NCBI GenBank assembly: GCA_018062705.1
Contig: JAGORQ010000003.1
Coordinates: 2,270 to 66,269 of the forward strand
Origin: Candidatus Shapirobacteria bacterium
GTDB lineage: Bacteria > Patescibacteriota > Microgenomatia > UBA12405
Reading direction: 5' to 3'
DNA length: 64,000 nt
Shown: piece by piece, positions 40,887 to 49,987 of the stretch
How positions within the stretch are numbered: the first letter of the stretch is position 1
Layout of the letters: each line of letters begins with the position of its first letter
Program-made: the position numbers and the translations under genes
The notes under the pieces: generated by a model
What the model was told of the DNA's origin: nothing
What the model saw: the letters and a program-made list of their open reading frames with translations, nothing else
Database searches by the model: none

Positions 40887-42089
40887 ATGCACAACCGATC
40901 TGATAGGCGAAGCCTATTCTTCGTTCTTTCCGTCTTTTCTTTAGTTATTATCTCCACCTATTTTGTTATCCTCTTCGCCCGAGGCTATCGTCTCGAATTC
41001 AAAAAAGACGGCCCCAGTCTCCAGGTTACCGGCATTCTTTCTTTTACTTCCAAGCCCAAAGGTGGTTCTGTTTACCTAAACGATCGCTTAATCACCGCCA
41101 CCGATGACACCCTTAACCTACCCCCCGGTAGTTACACCGTCAAAATTACTAAGGATGGCTATACCACTTGGCAAAAAACCTACCAAGTCAAAAAGGAGGT
41201 CGTCTACCAAACCGATGCCGAACTCTTCCGCTCCGCCCCAGAGCTTCGACCACTTACACTCAGTGGTGCCATCAACCCTGTCTTGAGCCCAGATGGTTCA
41301 AAGGTTATTTTTGCGGTAGCCTCTGCCTCTGCCACAAAAGACAACGGACTCTATCTACTTGAAACTTCCGACAATCTCATCCCCCTTGCCAAAACCACCA
41401 CCCGCCAAATTGCACCCAACTTTACTGGAACCGATTGGGCAAAGGCCACATTCACTTTTTCACCAGATTCGCGCCAAGTAGTAGCCACTTTCAAAAACCA
41501 ACTTAATTATCTACTAAATATAGATACGACAATTACTGAGAAAAATCTAACTGATATCACGAGCCAGCTACCTCAAATTAACAAAAGTTGGTCTCAAGAC
41601 GAACTTCAAATAATAAAAAGTCGATTAAACCGACTTCCTCCAGAAATTAGCACCCTGGTCGCTACCGATTCTGCCCGAGACATTGCCATCAACCAAAACG
41701 ACGACAAAGTTTTTTATCTTGCCTCCAAAGATGGAACAATCGACTCACAAACCACTCCACCACCAGCCCAAAGCTCCCAAACCCAAGACCGTCATGTGGC
41801 CAAAAACAATTTTTATGTCTACGACATCAAAGATGACACCAATTTTGCCATCGGCTCAAGTGAAACAGTTCGTAATTTAAGCTGGCTTCCCTACACCAAC
41901 AACCTTATTTACGTTGAAGACAACAGTATAAAAATAGTTGACTACGACAACACCAATAAAAATGTGATTTACGCAGGAAAGTTTAGTGCCGACTTAGTCT
42001 TTCCTTGGTCTGATGGTAGCCGAATAATCACCCTTACCTCTGCCTATACAGGAGCCACAAACAATCTCTATTCGATTAGTTTAAAGTAA
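40887..42089 (+). CDS. PEGA-domain membrane protein with beta-propeller-like C-terminus
   Basis: N-terminal TM, PEGA-like GSVYLNDRLI..PGSYTVKITKDGY, TolB-like SPDGSKV repeats. Confidence 0.45.
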   Translation: MHNRSDRRSLFFVLSVFSLVIISTYFVILFARGYRLEFKKDGPSLQVTGILSFTSKPKGGSVYLNDRLITATDDTLNLPPGSYTVKITKDGYTTWQKTYQVKKEVVYQTDAELFRSAPELRPLTLSGAINPVLSPDGSKVIFAVASASATKDNGLYLLETSDNLIPLAKTTTRQIAPNFTGTDWAKATFTFSPDSRQVVATFKNQLNYLLNIDTTITEKNLTDITSQLPQINKSWSQDELQIIKSRLNRLPPEISTLVATDSARDIAINQNDDKVFYLASKDGTIDSQTTPPPAQSSQTQDRHVAKNNFYVYDIKDDTNFAIGSSETVRNLSWLPYTNNLIYVEDNSIKIVDYDNTNKNVIYAGKFSADLVFPWSDGSRIITLTSAYTGATNNLYSISLK

Positions 42090-42096
42090 AAATAAG

Positions 42097-42444
42097 CTAA
42101 TTTTTACAAACTTCCATCTGTACCCCAGCAACCTGGCTTAATATATCGTATGTCTGTTGTTCAGTTAAGTCACCTGAATTTAATCTACCTTCGAGTTGAC
42201 TAACTTTTATGTTTGCCTCGTCTATTGTCAGGCAAGATTTATATACCCCATTTTCAATTTCAGCATAAGGTGCTTCCAAGGCAGGCAACTCGACCTGTTG
42301 GTTTGTCACTGTCTCCCCCAAAACCACAGGAGTAGAAACTACTACAGATTGACCCGCCTCGACAAAGCGAAGTGGAATCAACACCATAATGGCCACCACA
42401 AAACTAACAATCAGAGTTCGGCTATTTTGATTAAATTCATTCAT
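42097..42444 (-). CDS. hypothetical membrane-anchored protein
   Basis: ORF with N-terminal TM. Confidence 0.4.
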   Translation of the reverse strand: MNEFNQNSRTLIVSFVVAIMVLIPLRFVEAGQSVVVSTPVVLGETVTNQQVELPALEAPYAEIENGVYKSCLTIDEANIKVSQLEGRLNSGDLTEQQTYDILSQVAGVQMEVCKN

Positions 42445-42706
42445 AATTAATAATAGTCACCCATTTACAATTAAGTCAAGAACAAGACAAAACTAGTCTA
42501 TTTTTCAAGCAAAAGTATAAATAAAATCTATTAGCAGGAGTTAACTATTAATGCTAACACTTTTCGACACAATGGAATCAAATAACTACATATAACAAAC
42601 TTGTATATCAAATAGTCCCCATCGCACTTTAATTATTCTTCCTATATAATCATCTCAACTCTCAAAAAGTTCCCGACATTTGAGAATTTAACAAACTAAT
42701 TGTTTA

Positions 42707-42899
42707 CCGGCGGACAAGTCCCCTTCTTACCAAAACGGGCGTTGCCCGCCGTAGTCCCGCAATCGCGGGACGTAGGCGGGGACCCGCCTGCAAAAGCTGT
42801 CGCTTTAGCAACTGCGAGCAGGTTGGCGCAATTTCAGCCAGAGGCCGATCGGCCGGCCGAGGCTAGCGCAATAGAAATATGCCTAAATAGTCGTATATT
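42707..42899 (+). ncRNA. GC-rich structured element (candidate ncRNA / long tRNA leader) immediately 5' of tRNA-Pro
   Basis: Local GC far above window average; nested palindromes CCCGCAATCGCGGG, GGCGGGGACCCGCC, long imperfect hairpin CCGCC-GTAG-TCCCGC..GCGGGA-CGTAG-GCGGG. Confidence 0.35.
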
Positions 42900-42976
42900 C
42901 GGGGATTGGCGCAATTGGCTAGCGCGCACGGTTCGGGATCGTGAGGTTGCTGGTTCGAATCCAGTATCCCCGACCA
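42900..42976 (+). tRNA. tRNA-Pro (anticodon CGG), CCA encoded
   Basis: Manual cloverleaf: acceptor CGGGGAT/ATCCCCG, D-stem GCGC/GCGC, anticodon loop TTCGGGA, T-arm GCTGG-TTCGAAT-CCAGT. Confidence 0.85.
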
Positions 42977-43100
42977 GTCGGATACTGGATGAGAAGTTTA
43001 TCCTGAGCGAAGTCGAAGGAAATCCAGTATCCCCGACCAGTCGGATACTGGATGAGAAGTTTATCCTGAGCGAAGTCGAAGGAAATCCAGTATCCCCGAC
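42961..43100 (+). repeat. 2.2 tandem copies of a 63-bp unit beginning with the tRNA-Pro 3' end (CCAGTATCCCCGACCA...)
   Basis: Units 42961-43023, 43024-43086, partial 43087-43100 identical. Confidence 0.9.
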
Positions 43101-43254
43101 AAAAATAATTAATAATTAACAATTAATAATTACTAATTAAGAACAACTGTCCATTCTCTGATGATTGAGCAATCCAATCATCACAAGTTTTTTGTATTGA
43201 TAGTTTTCAACTACTAATTATTAATTCGTAATTAGTAATTAGTAGTTAATGTTC

Positions 43255-43326
43255 GTCCCTATAGTTCAATGGATAGAACGGAGGTTTCCTAAACCTTAAA
43301 TGGCAGTTCGATTCTGCCTGGGGATA
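43255..43326 (+). tRNA. tRNA-Arg (anticodon CCT), CCA not encoded
   Basis: Manual cloverleaf: acceptor GTCCCTA/TGGGGAT, D-stem GTTC/GAAC, anticodon loop TTCCTAA, T-arm GGCAG-TTCGATT-CTGCC. Confidence 0.8.
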
Positions 43327-43480
43327 CATTTACAGAATCTAATTGCCCCAGGTACGACCTGTTTCGCGAGTTCACGAGCGAAGTTCCTGGTGGGGATACT
43401 TTTTACAGTTCGACTTGTTTCGACGAACCATTTCATTTTTTTTGTGAGTCGAAGTTCTGCCTGAGGATACTTTTTTAACA
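43314..43480 (+). repeat. three spaced (about 71 bp) copies of the tRNA-Arg 3' end (CTGCCTGGGGATAC / TCCTGGTGGGGATAC / CTGCCTGAGGATAC + T-run)
   Basis: Degenerate direct repeats of T-arm/acceptor 3' half downstream of the tRNA. Confidence 0.7.
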
Positions 43481-43978
43481 AACCCTCTAGTTTCACGGAC
43501 AAGTTTTTCTCCTCAATTTCCTTTTACCGCATAATCTATAGATGAATTGTCTGATTAACCGCACATATCTGCACAATTTCCGCAACATTTTTTCCTTATC
43601 TAATAAAAAAATTATAAGTCAATTAAGATATCATTAACCGCATTTAAAAGAAAATTTTCTTATACCTGTATATATCTTTTATACTACTAATATGGTCAGT
43701 ATAACCGTACACATGACATTATGACAGTTATTTCCTAGTTACATTTTTTCACACTCGATTATTTTTCCGCAATTTTTATATGCCTTCACCCACTATCTTT
43801 ATGAAGTGAATCAATTAGAATCAATGTATTACATCAAGCTACGACGAATTATTAGACATTTTTAATGTTTAATATCAACTTGTCCCACGCGGTTAATTAA
43901 ACATTTTATGCGTATTTAGACATAAAATATTCTACTAGAAAATGTTTATCACTCACACAGCTTAATTGCTAAAACTCC

Positions 43979-45202
43979 CTAAACTAACTTCAAACTATAC
44001 AGTTTATTAACCGACACTAAGTCTTTTGCCAAACCGACTACCCCACTTATAGCCACCTTGTTTATCTTCGCCAATTCCTCCTCAATATCCACCAGTTTAT
44101 TTTCCAGCAACAATTTCTCACCCAGATAACTTGTCCAAAAATCAGTTCGGTCCATTGCCAGTTTCGTTCTGCCTCTCAAGTACTCCTTGGCTCGGGATAT
44201 CTCATCACTGGTCAAATTGTTACCAATCGTCAATATCTCTTGTTTGACTAAATCCATTGCTTCATCAATTTTCTCTTTAACCACTCCAGATTGGACCGCC
44301 CAAACACCTGCTTCAGTAATGCTCTCACTGACACTATAAACATAGTAAGCCAACCCTCTATCTTCTCTAATCTTTTGAAATAGCCGTGAAGAAGAATTAC
44401 CTGAAAGAACTACATCAAGAATTCTAAATTCATACTTTCTTGGATCAACAGAGCTAATACCAGGTATTCCCATGACAAAATGCCCTTGTTCATTTTTACG
44501 CCCAATTTTTCTGTCTAATTCTGTTGCCCAAGTTATTTCAATCCGTGGTGGAGTATGATCTTGACTGTTCCATTTACTAAAATAATCTTCCACCAATCCC
44601 AACTCATCACCTTGCAAATCACCAGCCATCACTATCACCACCTTATTTGGATCATAATGTCTTCGCCAATAATCAACAACGTCTTTTTGTTCATATCTCA
44701 AGACCTCCTCGGTTTCACCTGATATATTCCAACAACCAATTCTGGATCCTCCCCAGATAAATTTCGTAAAATCTGATGCCAATCCAGACATTGGGTTGTC
44801 TTGATACATCTTGATCTCTTCGCTAATCACCACCTTTTCTTTTAACAACTCTTTTTTATCAAAAGTTGAATAGATCAAAATATCACTAAGTAATTCAATC
44901 GCCCATTCACGGTGTTCTTTTACCGTTGTAACATAATATGAAGTTGTTTCTTGTCCAGTACCTGCGTTTGAGACAGCTCCTTTTGCGTCAATTTCTTTAT
45001 TTATTATCTCAGCTGTCGGCCTTTTCAGAGTGCCTTTAAACATCATGTGTTCCACAAAATGACTCAAACCATGCTCTCCCAACTCCTCATACTTCGAACC
45101 AACACCCACCAACACCTCAACTGTAATTGCCTTAAGACCGGTCAGTGGTTTACAAACTACCCGTATACCATTGGCTAATTTATTAATCCTTATTTTATTC
45201 AT
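43979..45202 (-). CDS. M16-family zinc peptidase
   Basis: HFVEHMMFKGT (HxxEH) motif. Confidence 0.8.
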   Translation of the reverse strand: MNKIRINKLANGIRVVCKPLTGLKAITVEVLVGVGSKYEELGEHGLSHFVEHMMFKGTLKRPTAEIINKEIDAKGAVSNAGTGQETTSYYVTTVKEHREWAIELLSDILIYSTFDKKELLKEKVVISEEIKMYQDNPMSGLASDFTKFIWGGSRIGCWNISGETEEVLRYEQKDVVDYWRRHYDPNKVVIVMAGDLQGDELGLVEDYFSKWNSQDHTPPRIEITWATELDRKIGRKNEQGHFVMGIPGISSVDPRKYEFRILDVVLSGNSSSRLFQKIREDRGLAYYVYSVSESITEAGVWAVQSGVVKEKIDEAMDLVKQEILTIGNNLTSDEISRAKEYLRGRTKLAMDRTDFWTSYLGEKLLLENKLVDIEEELAKINKVAISGVVGLAKDLVSVNKLYSLKLV

Positions 45203-45289
45203 CTATCCATCCATTATAACCTATCACTCCACCCACTAACAGCCAACAACCCACTCTGCCAATCACCAGGCTTACAAGTAGATCCCTAA

Positions 45290-47878
45290 CTATCTAACTA
45301 CAAAGTTGACCATCCTGCCTGGCACATAAATTTCCTTAACCACCTCTTTTCCCTCCAACCACTGCGTCATCTTCGGCAACTCCTTTGCCAGTTTTATTAT
45401 TTCTTCTTGGCTTTTAACTCGTAACTCGTCACTGTTAACTGATAACTGTTCTCTGACTTTTCCATTCACCGCCACCATAATGGTAACTGACTCCTCCGCC
45501 AGATACTTCTCATCCGCCACCGGCCACTCTTGATCATGAATCGATGAAAAAATCTCGTCATTCCCGCGAAAGCGGGAATCCATTCTTTGCCACATTTCTT
45601 CCGCCGTGTACGGTGCCATTGGTGCCATTAATTTCAAAAAAGTCTCTAAATCATTTCTCGAAACCATTTCTTTGTTATCTTCAAAATCATTTAATAATTT
45701 CATCAATTTTGCCACTACGGTATTGTATCCAAAACTTGCCATATCTTCGGTAATACTTTTTATGGCTTTATTAATGATTATCAGTAGTTCTTTATTACTG
45801 TCAGCAGACTTATTATTTAATTGCTCATTAGTAATTCGTAATTCGTAATTCGTAATTGATTTTTCCACTCTATCCAAAAATCGTTTCACCCCCATGAGAG
45901 TCTTCTCATTCCACGCCATCGTTCCATCAAATGGTCCCATAAACATCAAATACATCCTCACTACATCGACCCCGTACTTATCCGCTACCACCTCTGGCAC
46001 CACCACGTTCCCCTTCGACTTACTCATCCGATTATTGTCTGGTCCCAAAATTACCCCATGGGAAATTCTTTTAAAATATGGCTCGGGTAACTCTTTGGGT
46101 ACTGCGCCAATGTCGTGCAGAAACTGGTAAATAAACCTCGAATACAAAAGATGCAGTGTGTTATGTTCATCGCCACCTATGTAGACATCCACCGGACCCC
46201 AATATTTAATCATCTTTTGGGATGCCAGCTCTTTATTGTTGTGCGGATCCATATATCTTAAAAAGTACCAGTCACTCCCCGCCCAATTTGGCATCGTATC
46301 AGTTTCCCGCACTGCATCACCGTCACAAACTGGACATTTGCAATTCACAAACTCTGGAATTTTTGACAATGGTGACTTGCCATCATCCGTCGGCTCGTAA
46401 GCCTCCACCTCTGGCAACACAATCGGCAACTGTTCTTCCGGCACCGGAATCCACCCCACATTTTTCAATAAATTATTTTTTTCGTCTTCATTTTGGATTT
46501 TAGAATTTAGAATTTGGGATTTTTGATTTTCTGCACATTTATTACAGAAAATCATGGGTATCGGCTCACCCCAATAATGCTGTCTAGAAAAAATCCAATC
46601 TCTTAAGTGATATGACACCACTCTCTTCCCCCAACCCTTTTCTTCAAAATAATCCATCGTCTTCTGCATCGCCTTCGTAAAGTCCATTCCATTTAAAAAA
46701 TCAGAATTCACCATTACACCCTTATCACCCGAATGAACTTGAAAACATTCTTTTTCAACATCCCTCTCTTCTCCATCAACTCCATCTACCACTTTAATAA
46801 TTGGGATTCCAAACTTTTTGGCAAAATCCCAATCTCTCTGGTCATGACCTGGACAACCTTGAACTGCGCCAGTCCCAAAAGTCGCCAACACAAAATCAGT
46901 TATCCAAATTGGAATCTCTTTACCATCAACATGATTTATTGCATAAAGCCCAGAAAACACTCCTGTCTTTTCTTTTCCTAATTCAGTTCTTTCAATCTCG
47001 CTCTTTCGCCTTGCTACTGATATATACTTTTTTATTTCTTCAATCTGTTTCTGATCAACACCAAACTTCCCCGACACGATATCCTGCACAAACTTGTGTT
47101 CTGGTGCCACTACCAAAAAAGTCGCCCCAAAATTTACCGGTGTTGTTGTAAAAATAGCCAGTTTCTCACTCGTGCCCTTAACTTGGAAATCGATATTTAT
47201 CCCCTCTTTTCTCCCAATCCAGTTTATTTGTGCTTGTTTCACTTTCTCAATAAAATCCGTCTTCGCAAGTCCCGACACCAATTTATCTGCATAATCAGTT
47301 ATTTTTACTATCCACTGGCTGATGTTTCTTCTCGATACTTCAGAATGACACCGCTCGCACTTCCCATCGACAACTTCTTCATTGGCCAAACCAATTTTAC
47401 AACTTGGACACCAGTTAATCGGCATCTCCTCTTTGTAGGCCAAACCCTTTTTAAATAATTGAACAAAAATCCACTGTGTCCATTTATAATAGTCTGGGCT
47501 AGTCGTATTTACCTCCCTCTCCCAATCAAACGAAAACGCCAACCGTTTCATCTGACTTCTAAACATATCGGTATTTTCCTTGGTCACTTCTTGCGGTTTC
47601 CGCTTCATCTTTATCGCATAGTTTTCCGTTGGCAAACCAAAGGCATCCCAACCCATCGGAAACATCACCTCATACCCCTGCATTCGCTTAAATCTGGCAT
47701 AGACATCTCCACCAGTAAACGAAAAAGCATGACCTACATGGAGACCCGATCCTGAGGGATAAGGGAACTCATTTAGCACATAAAACTTCCCTTTGCTAGC
47801 TACTCTTTTACTATTTTTTTTGCCCCACTCAGTAATCCATTTTTTCTCGATTTCTAAAAACTTTTTATCTTCGTTCAT
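45290..47878 (-). CDS. leuS: leucine--tRNA ligase
   Basis: HVGHAFSF (HIGH) and KMSKSKGN motifs, editing domain; three in-frame heptamer inserts and one in-frame family-B hairpin (SRFRGNDE). Confidence 0.95.
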   Translation of the reverse strand: MNEDKKFLEIEKKWITEWGKKNSKRVASKGKFYVLNEFPYPSGSGLHVGHAFSFTGGDVYARFKRMQGYEVMFPMGWDAFGLPTENYAIKMKRKPQEVTKENTDMFRSQMKRLAFSFDWEREVNTTSPDYYKWTQWIFVQLFKKGLAYKEEMPINWCPSCKIGLANEEVVDGKCERCHSEVSRRNISQWIVKITDYADKLVSGLAKTDFIEKVKQAQINWIGRKEGINIDFQVKGTSEKLAIFTTTPVNFGATFLVVAPEHKFVQDIVSGKFGVDQKQIEEIKKYISVARRKSEIERTELGKEKTGVFSGLYAINHVDGKEIPIWITDFVLATFGTGAVQGCPGHDQRDWDFAKKFGIPIIKVVDGVDGEERDVEKECFQVHSGDKGVMVNSDFLNGMDFTKAMQKTMDYFEEKGWGKRVVSYHLRDWIFSRQHYWGEPIPMIFCNKCAENQKSQILNSKIQNEDEKNNLLKNVGWIPVPEEQLPIVLPEVEAYEPTDDGKSPLSKIPEFVNCKCPVCDGDAVRETDTMPNWAGSDWYFLRYMDPHNNKELASQKMIKYWGPVDVYIGGDEHNTLHLLYSRFIYQFLHDIGAVPKELPEPYFKRISHGVILGPDNNRMSKSKGNVVVPEVVADKYGVDVVRMYLMFMGPFDGTMAWNEKTLMGVKRFLDRVEKSITNYELRITNEQLNNKSADSNKELLIIINKAIKSITEDMASFGYNTVVAKLMKLLNDFEDNKEMVSRNDLETFLKLMAPMAPYTAEEMWQRMDSRFRGNDEIFSSIHDQEWPVADEKYLAEESVTIMVAVNGKVREQLSVNSDELRVKSQEEIIKLAKELPKMTQWLEGKEVVKEIYVPGRMVNFVVR

Positions 47879-48095
47879 AATTATAATGTTATTCTATCCT
47901 TCTTTTTTAGAATTTAGAATTTAGAGTTTAGGATTTTAATTGATATTAAAAAAGCCCCTCTTGGGGGCTTACCAAAAAATGCCCCCCAATCAACTAAGAA
48001 GTAAGGCAATCAACATTTTTTGCATAGGAAATTATATCACAGTCTAAAATATACATATCTGTTATTTATTTCTCTATTTTCCAACAAATATCTTC

Positions 48096-49121
48096 TTGAA
48101 TAATATTCATATATTTTGCACAATGTACCCAATGTCTTTTTTCAAAAGATATTCGTTTGTAACCATCTACATCGCCTGTTTTACAGCCGGTTTTTTTAGT
48201 TACGCCATCATTACCCGTTATACCAAGACCCCGCCACTTGCCTTCATAGAAACTCGCCAGCCAGGAGATTTTAAATTTATTAATCCTTTGATCGAATGTG
48301 ACTCCGCCAATTTTAATCTCGACACCAACTTTAGTGATCTCAAAAAAAACGTCACTGACTACATCGACAGTCAAAAAAAGGCTGACACTATTACCCATAC
48401 CAGTGTCTACTACCGCGACATGAACAACGGACCTTGGTTTGGTATCGATGAAAACGAAGCTTTTTCCCCAGCCAGCCTGGTTAAAGTGCCTCTGTTAGTC
48501 ACCTACTACAAATTAGCTGAAAAAGATCACACTATTTTACAAAAGACTTTGTCTGTTGGTAGCACCTTTAACCACAATGACCAAAACGTTCCCCCTGAAG
48601 TCACCCTCATCCCTACAAAAACCTACACTGTCGATGAACTAATAAATCAGATGATTATCTACTCTGATAACCAGGCCTACGACATACTTATTAAAAATAT
48701 TGATCCAACAATACTATCCTCTACTTATAATGATTTGGGGGTGACCATAGAAAATGACTCAAACAACTTAGCTGGCAACATTCTCTCAGTCAAATCTTAC
48801 GCTTCTTTTTTCCGAATTCTCTATAACTCGTCATATCTTTCAAAAGAAATGTCTGAAAAAACACTTAAACTATTAAGTCAAATTAAATACACAGATGGTC
48901 TTGTTGCCAGTGTTCCTCCAGTTGTCACTATTGCGCATAAATTTGGCGAAAGAAGCTACATCGAAACCTCCGAAAAACAAATGCATGATTGCGGTATAGT
49001 CTACCTACCCAAAAAGCCCTATCTTGTTTGTATTATGACCCGCGGAAAAGATTTTCAAAAACTAAACTCTACCATCAAAAACATCTCCAATATTATCTAT
49101 AAACACTTAACTACCAACTAG
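48096..49121 (+). CDS. class A beta-lactamase-like serine hydrolase (membrane-anchored)
   Basis: SxxK (ASLVK), SDN (YSDNQA), KxG (HKFG) motifs. Confidence 0.6.
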   Translation: MNNIHIFCTMYPMSFFKRYSFVTIYIACFTAGFFSYAIITRYTKTPPLAFIETRQPGDFKFINPLIECDSANFNLDTNFSDLKKNVTDYIDSQKKADTITHTSVYYRDMNNGPWFGIDENEAFSPASLVKVPLLVTYYKLAEKDHTILQKTLSVGSTFNHNDQNVPPEVTLIPTKTYTVDELINQMIIYSDNQAYDILIKNIDPTILSSTYNDLGVTIENDSNNLAGNILSVKSYASFFRILYNSSYLSKEMSEKTLKLLSQIKYTDGLVASVPPVVTIAHKFGERSYIETSEKQMHDCGIVYLPKKPYLVCIMTRGKDFQKLNSTIKNISNIIYKHLTTN

Positions 49122-49890
49122 GCATAAAATCACCATCTAAATCAGTTCGCCAAATTTCCCTGACTCCTGATGTTTTCAATCTATCTATTACTTCTCTATT
49201 TGGATGGCCAAATTTATTGTTTTTCCCCACCGATATTACTGCCACGCCAGGTTTCCAATAATCCAGCAACTCCTCCGACGTCCCTGTATTCGACCCATGG
49301 TGGCTCACCTTTAAAACACCGTCAGTATTTTTATTTATCAAGTTTCGCCAAACCAACTTTTGTTCAATTTCTACCGGAGCATCACCAGTAAACAAATAAT
49401 TCTTGTCTAAAAGCTTTACCTCCATCACCACCGAGTCAGTATTACTGTCACCACTAATTTCCTCCGGCCACCTTACATCAAACTCAATCCCGCTAATTCT
49501 TAATGAATCATCTTGGCGTAAATCAGCCGAATAAAATTTTTGTTCAAACTTGTCTGCCGGTAATTGATTGGCATACAAACTTCCTACTTTATATTTTTCT
49601 AATATACCTTTTAGTCCACCACTGTGATCCGCATCCCAATGACTAACAATTATCATTTCCAAATCCCTGTCCCAAAACGGCAAATACCGGCTCAAACACT
49701 TTTCCATTTGCCCATTATCTGGCCCAACATCGATTAATACCTGTGTCTCACCTTTTATAATTAACGCCCCATCTCCCTGCCCCACATCGCAAAACACCAC
49801 TCTCGCCTTTTCCTCTGGCATAGACACCCACCACAATATTCCCAATACCAGAATACTAAGGATGATTATGATTTTAAATTTAGTATTCAT
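49111..49890 (-). CDS. ComEC-type MBL-fold metallo-hydrolase domain protein
   Basis: HWDADHSGGL motif; N-terminal signal/TM; adjacent to ComEC membrane-domain gene. Confidence 0.7.
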   Translation of the reverse strand: MNTKFKIIIILSILVLGILWWVSMPEEKARVVFCDVGQGDGALIIKGETQVLIDVGPDNGQMEKCLSRYLPFWDRDLEMIIVSHWDADHSGGLKGILEKYKVGSLYANQLPADKFEQKFYSADLRQDDSLRISGIEFDVRWPEEISGDSNTDSVVMEVKLLDKNYLFTGDAPVEIEQKLVWRNLINKNTDGVLKVSHHGSNTGTSEELLDYWKPGVAVISVGKNNKFGHPNREVIDRLKTSGVREIWRTDLDGDFMPSW

Positions 49891-49987
49891 TTAAAAAAAC
49901 AGAAAAGCGCGCGTAGTAATCTAATTTTCCGAGCAAGACCGCCGAGGGGTTTATCCCCGAAGGGATGCGCAGTGAGGAAAATTATGG

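Noticed and set aside
42707-42899. tmRNA, RNase P RNA, SRP RNA or 6S RNA identity for the GC-rich element
   Set aside because: None of the family-defining motifs (tmRNA tRNA-like ends and tag ORF, RNase P CR-I/CR-V, SRP GGAA-tetraloop domain IV) could be found by eye; kept only as an unclassified structured element.
42700-43119. Track ORF of 139 aa spanning the GC-rich element, tRNA-Pro and the 63-bp tandem repeats
   Set aside because: Runs straight through a well-formed tRNA gene and exact tandem repeats (the repeated peptide SPTSRILDEKFILSEVEGNPV is just the DNA repeat translated); not protein-coding.
43296-43502. Minus-strand 68-aa ORF downstream of tRNA-Arg
   Set aside because: Overlaps the tRNA 3'-end repeat copies; most likely a chance ORF in repeat DNA.
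48066-48398. Minus-strand 110-aa ORF
   Set aside because: Overlaps the start of the well-supported beta-lactamase-like gene on the other strand; no motifs.
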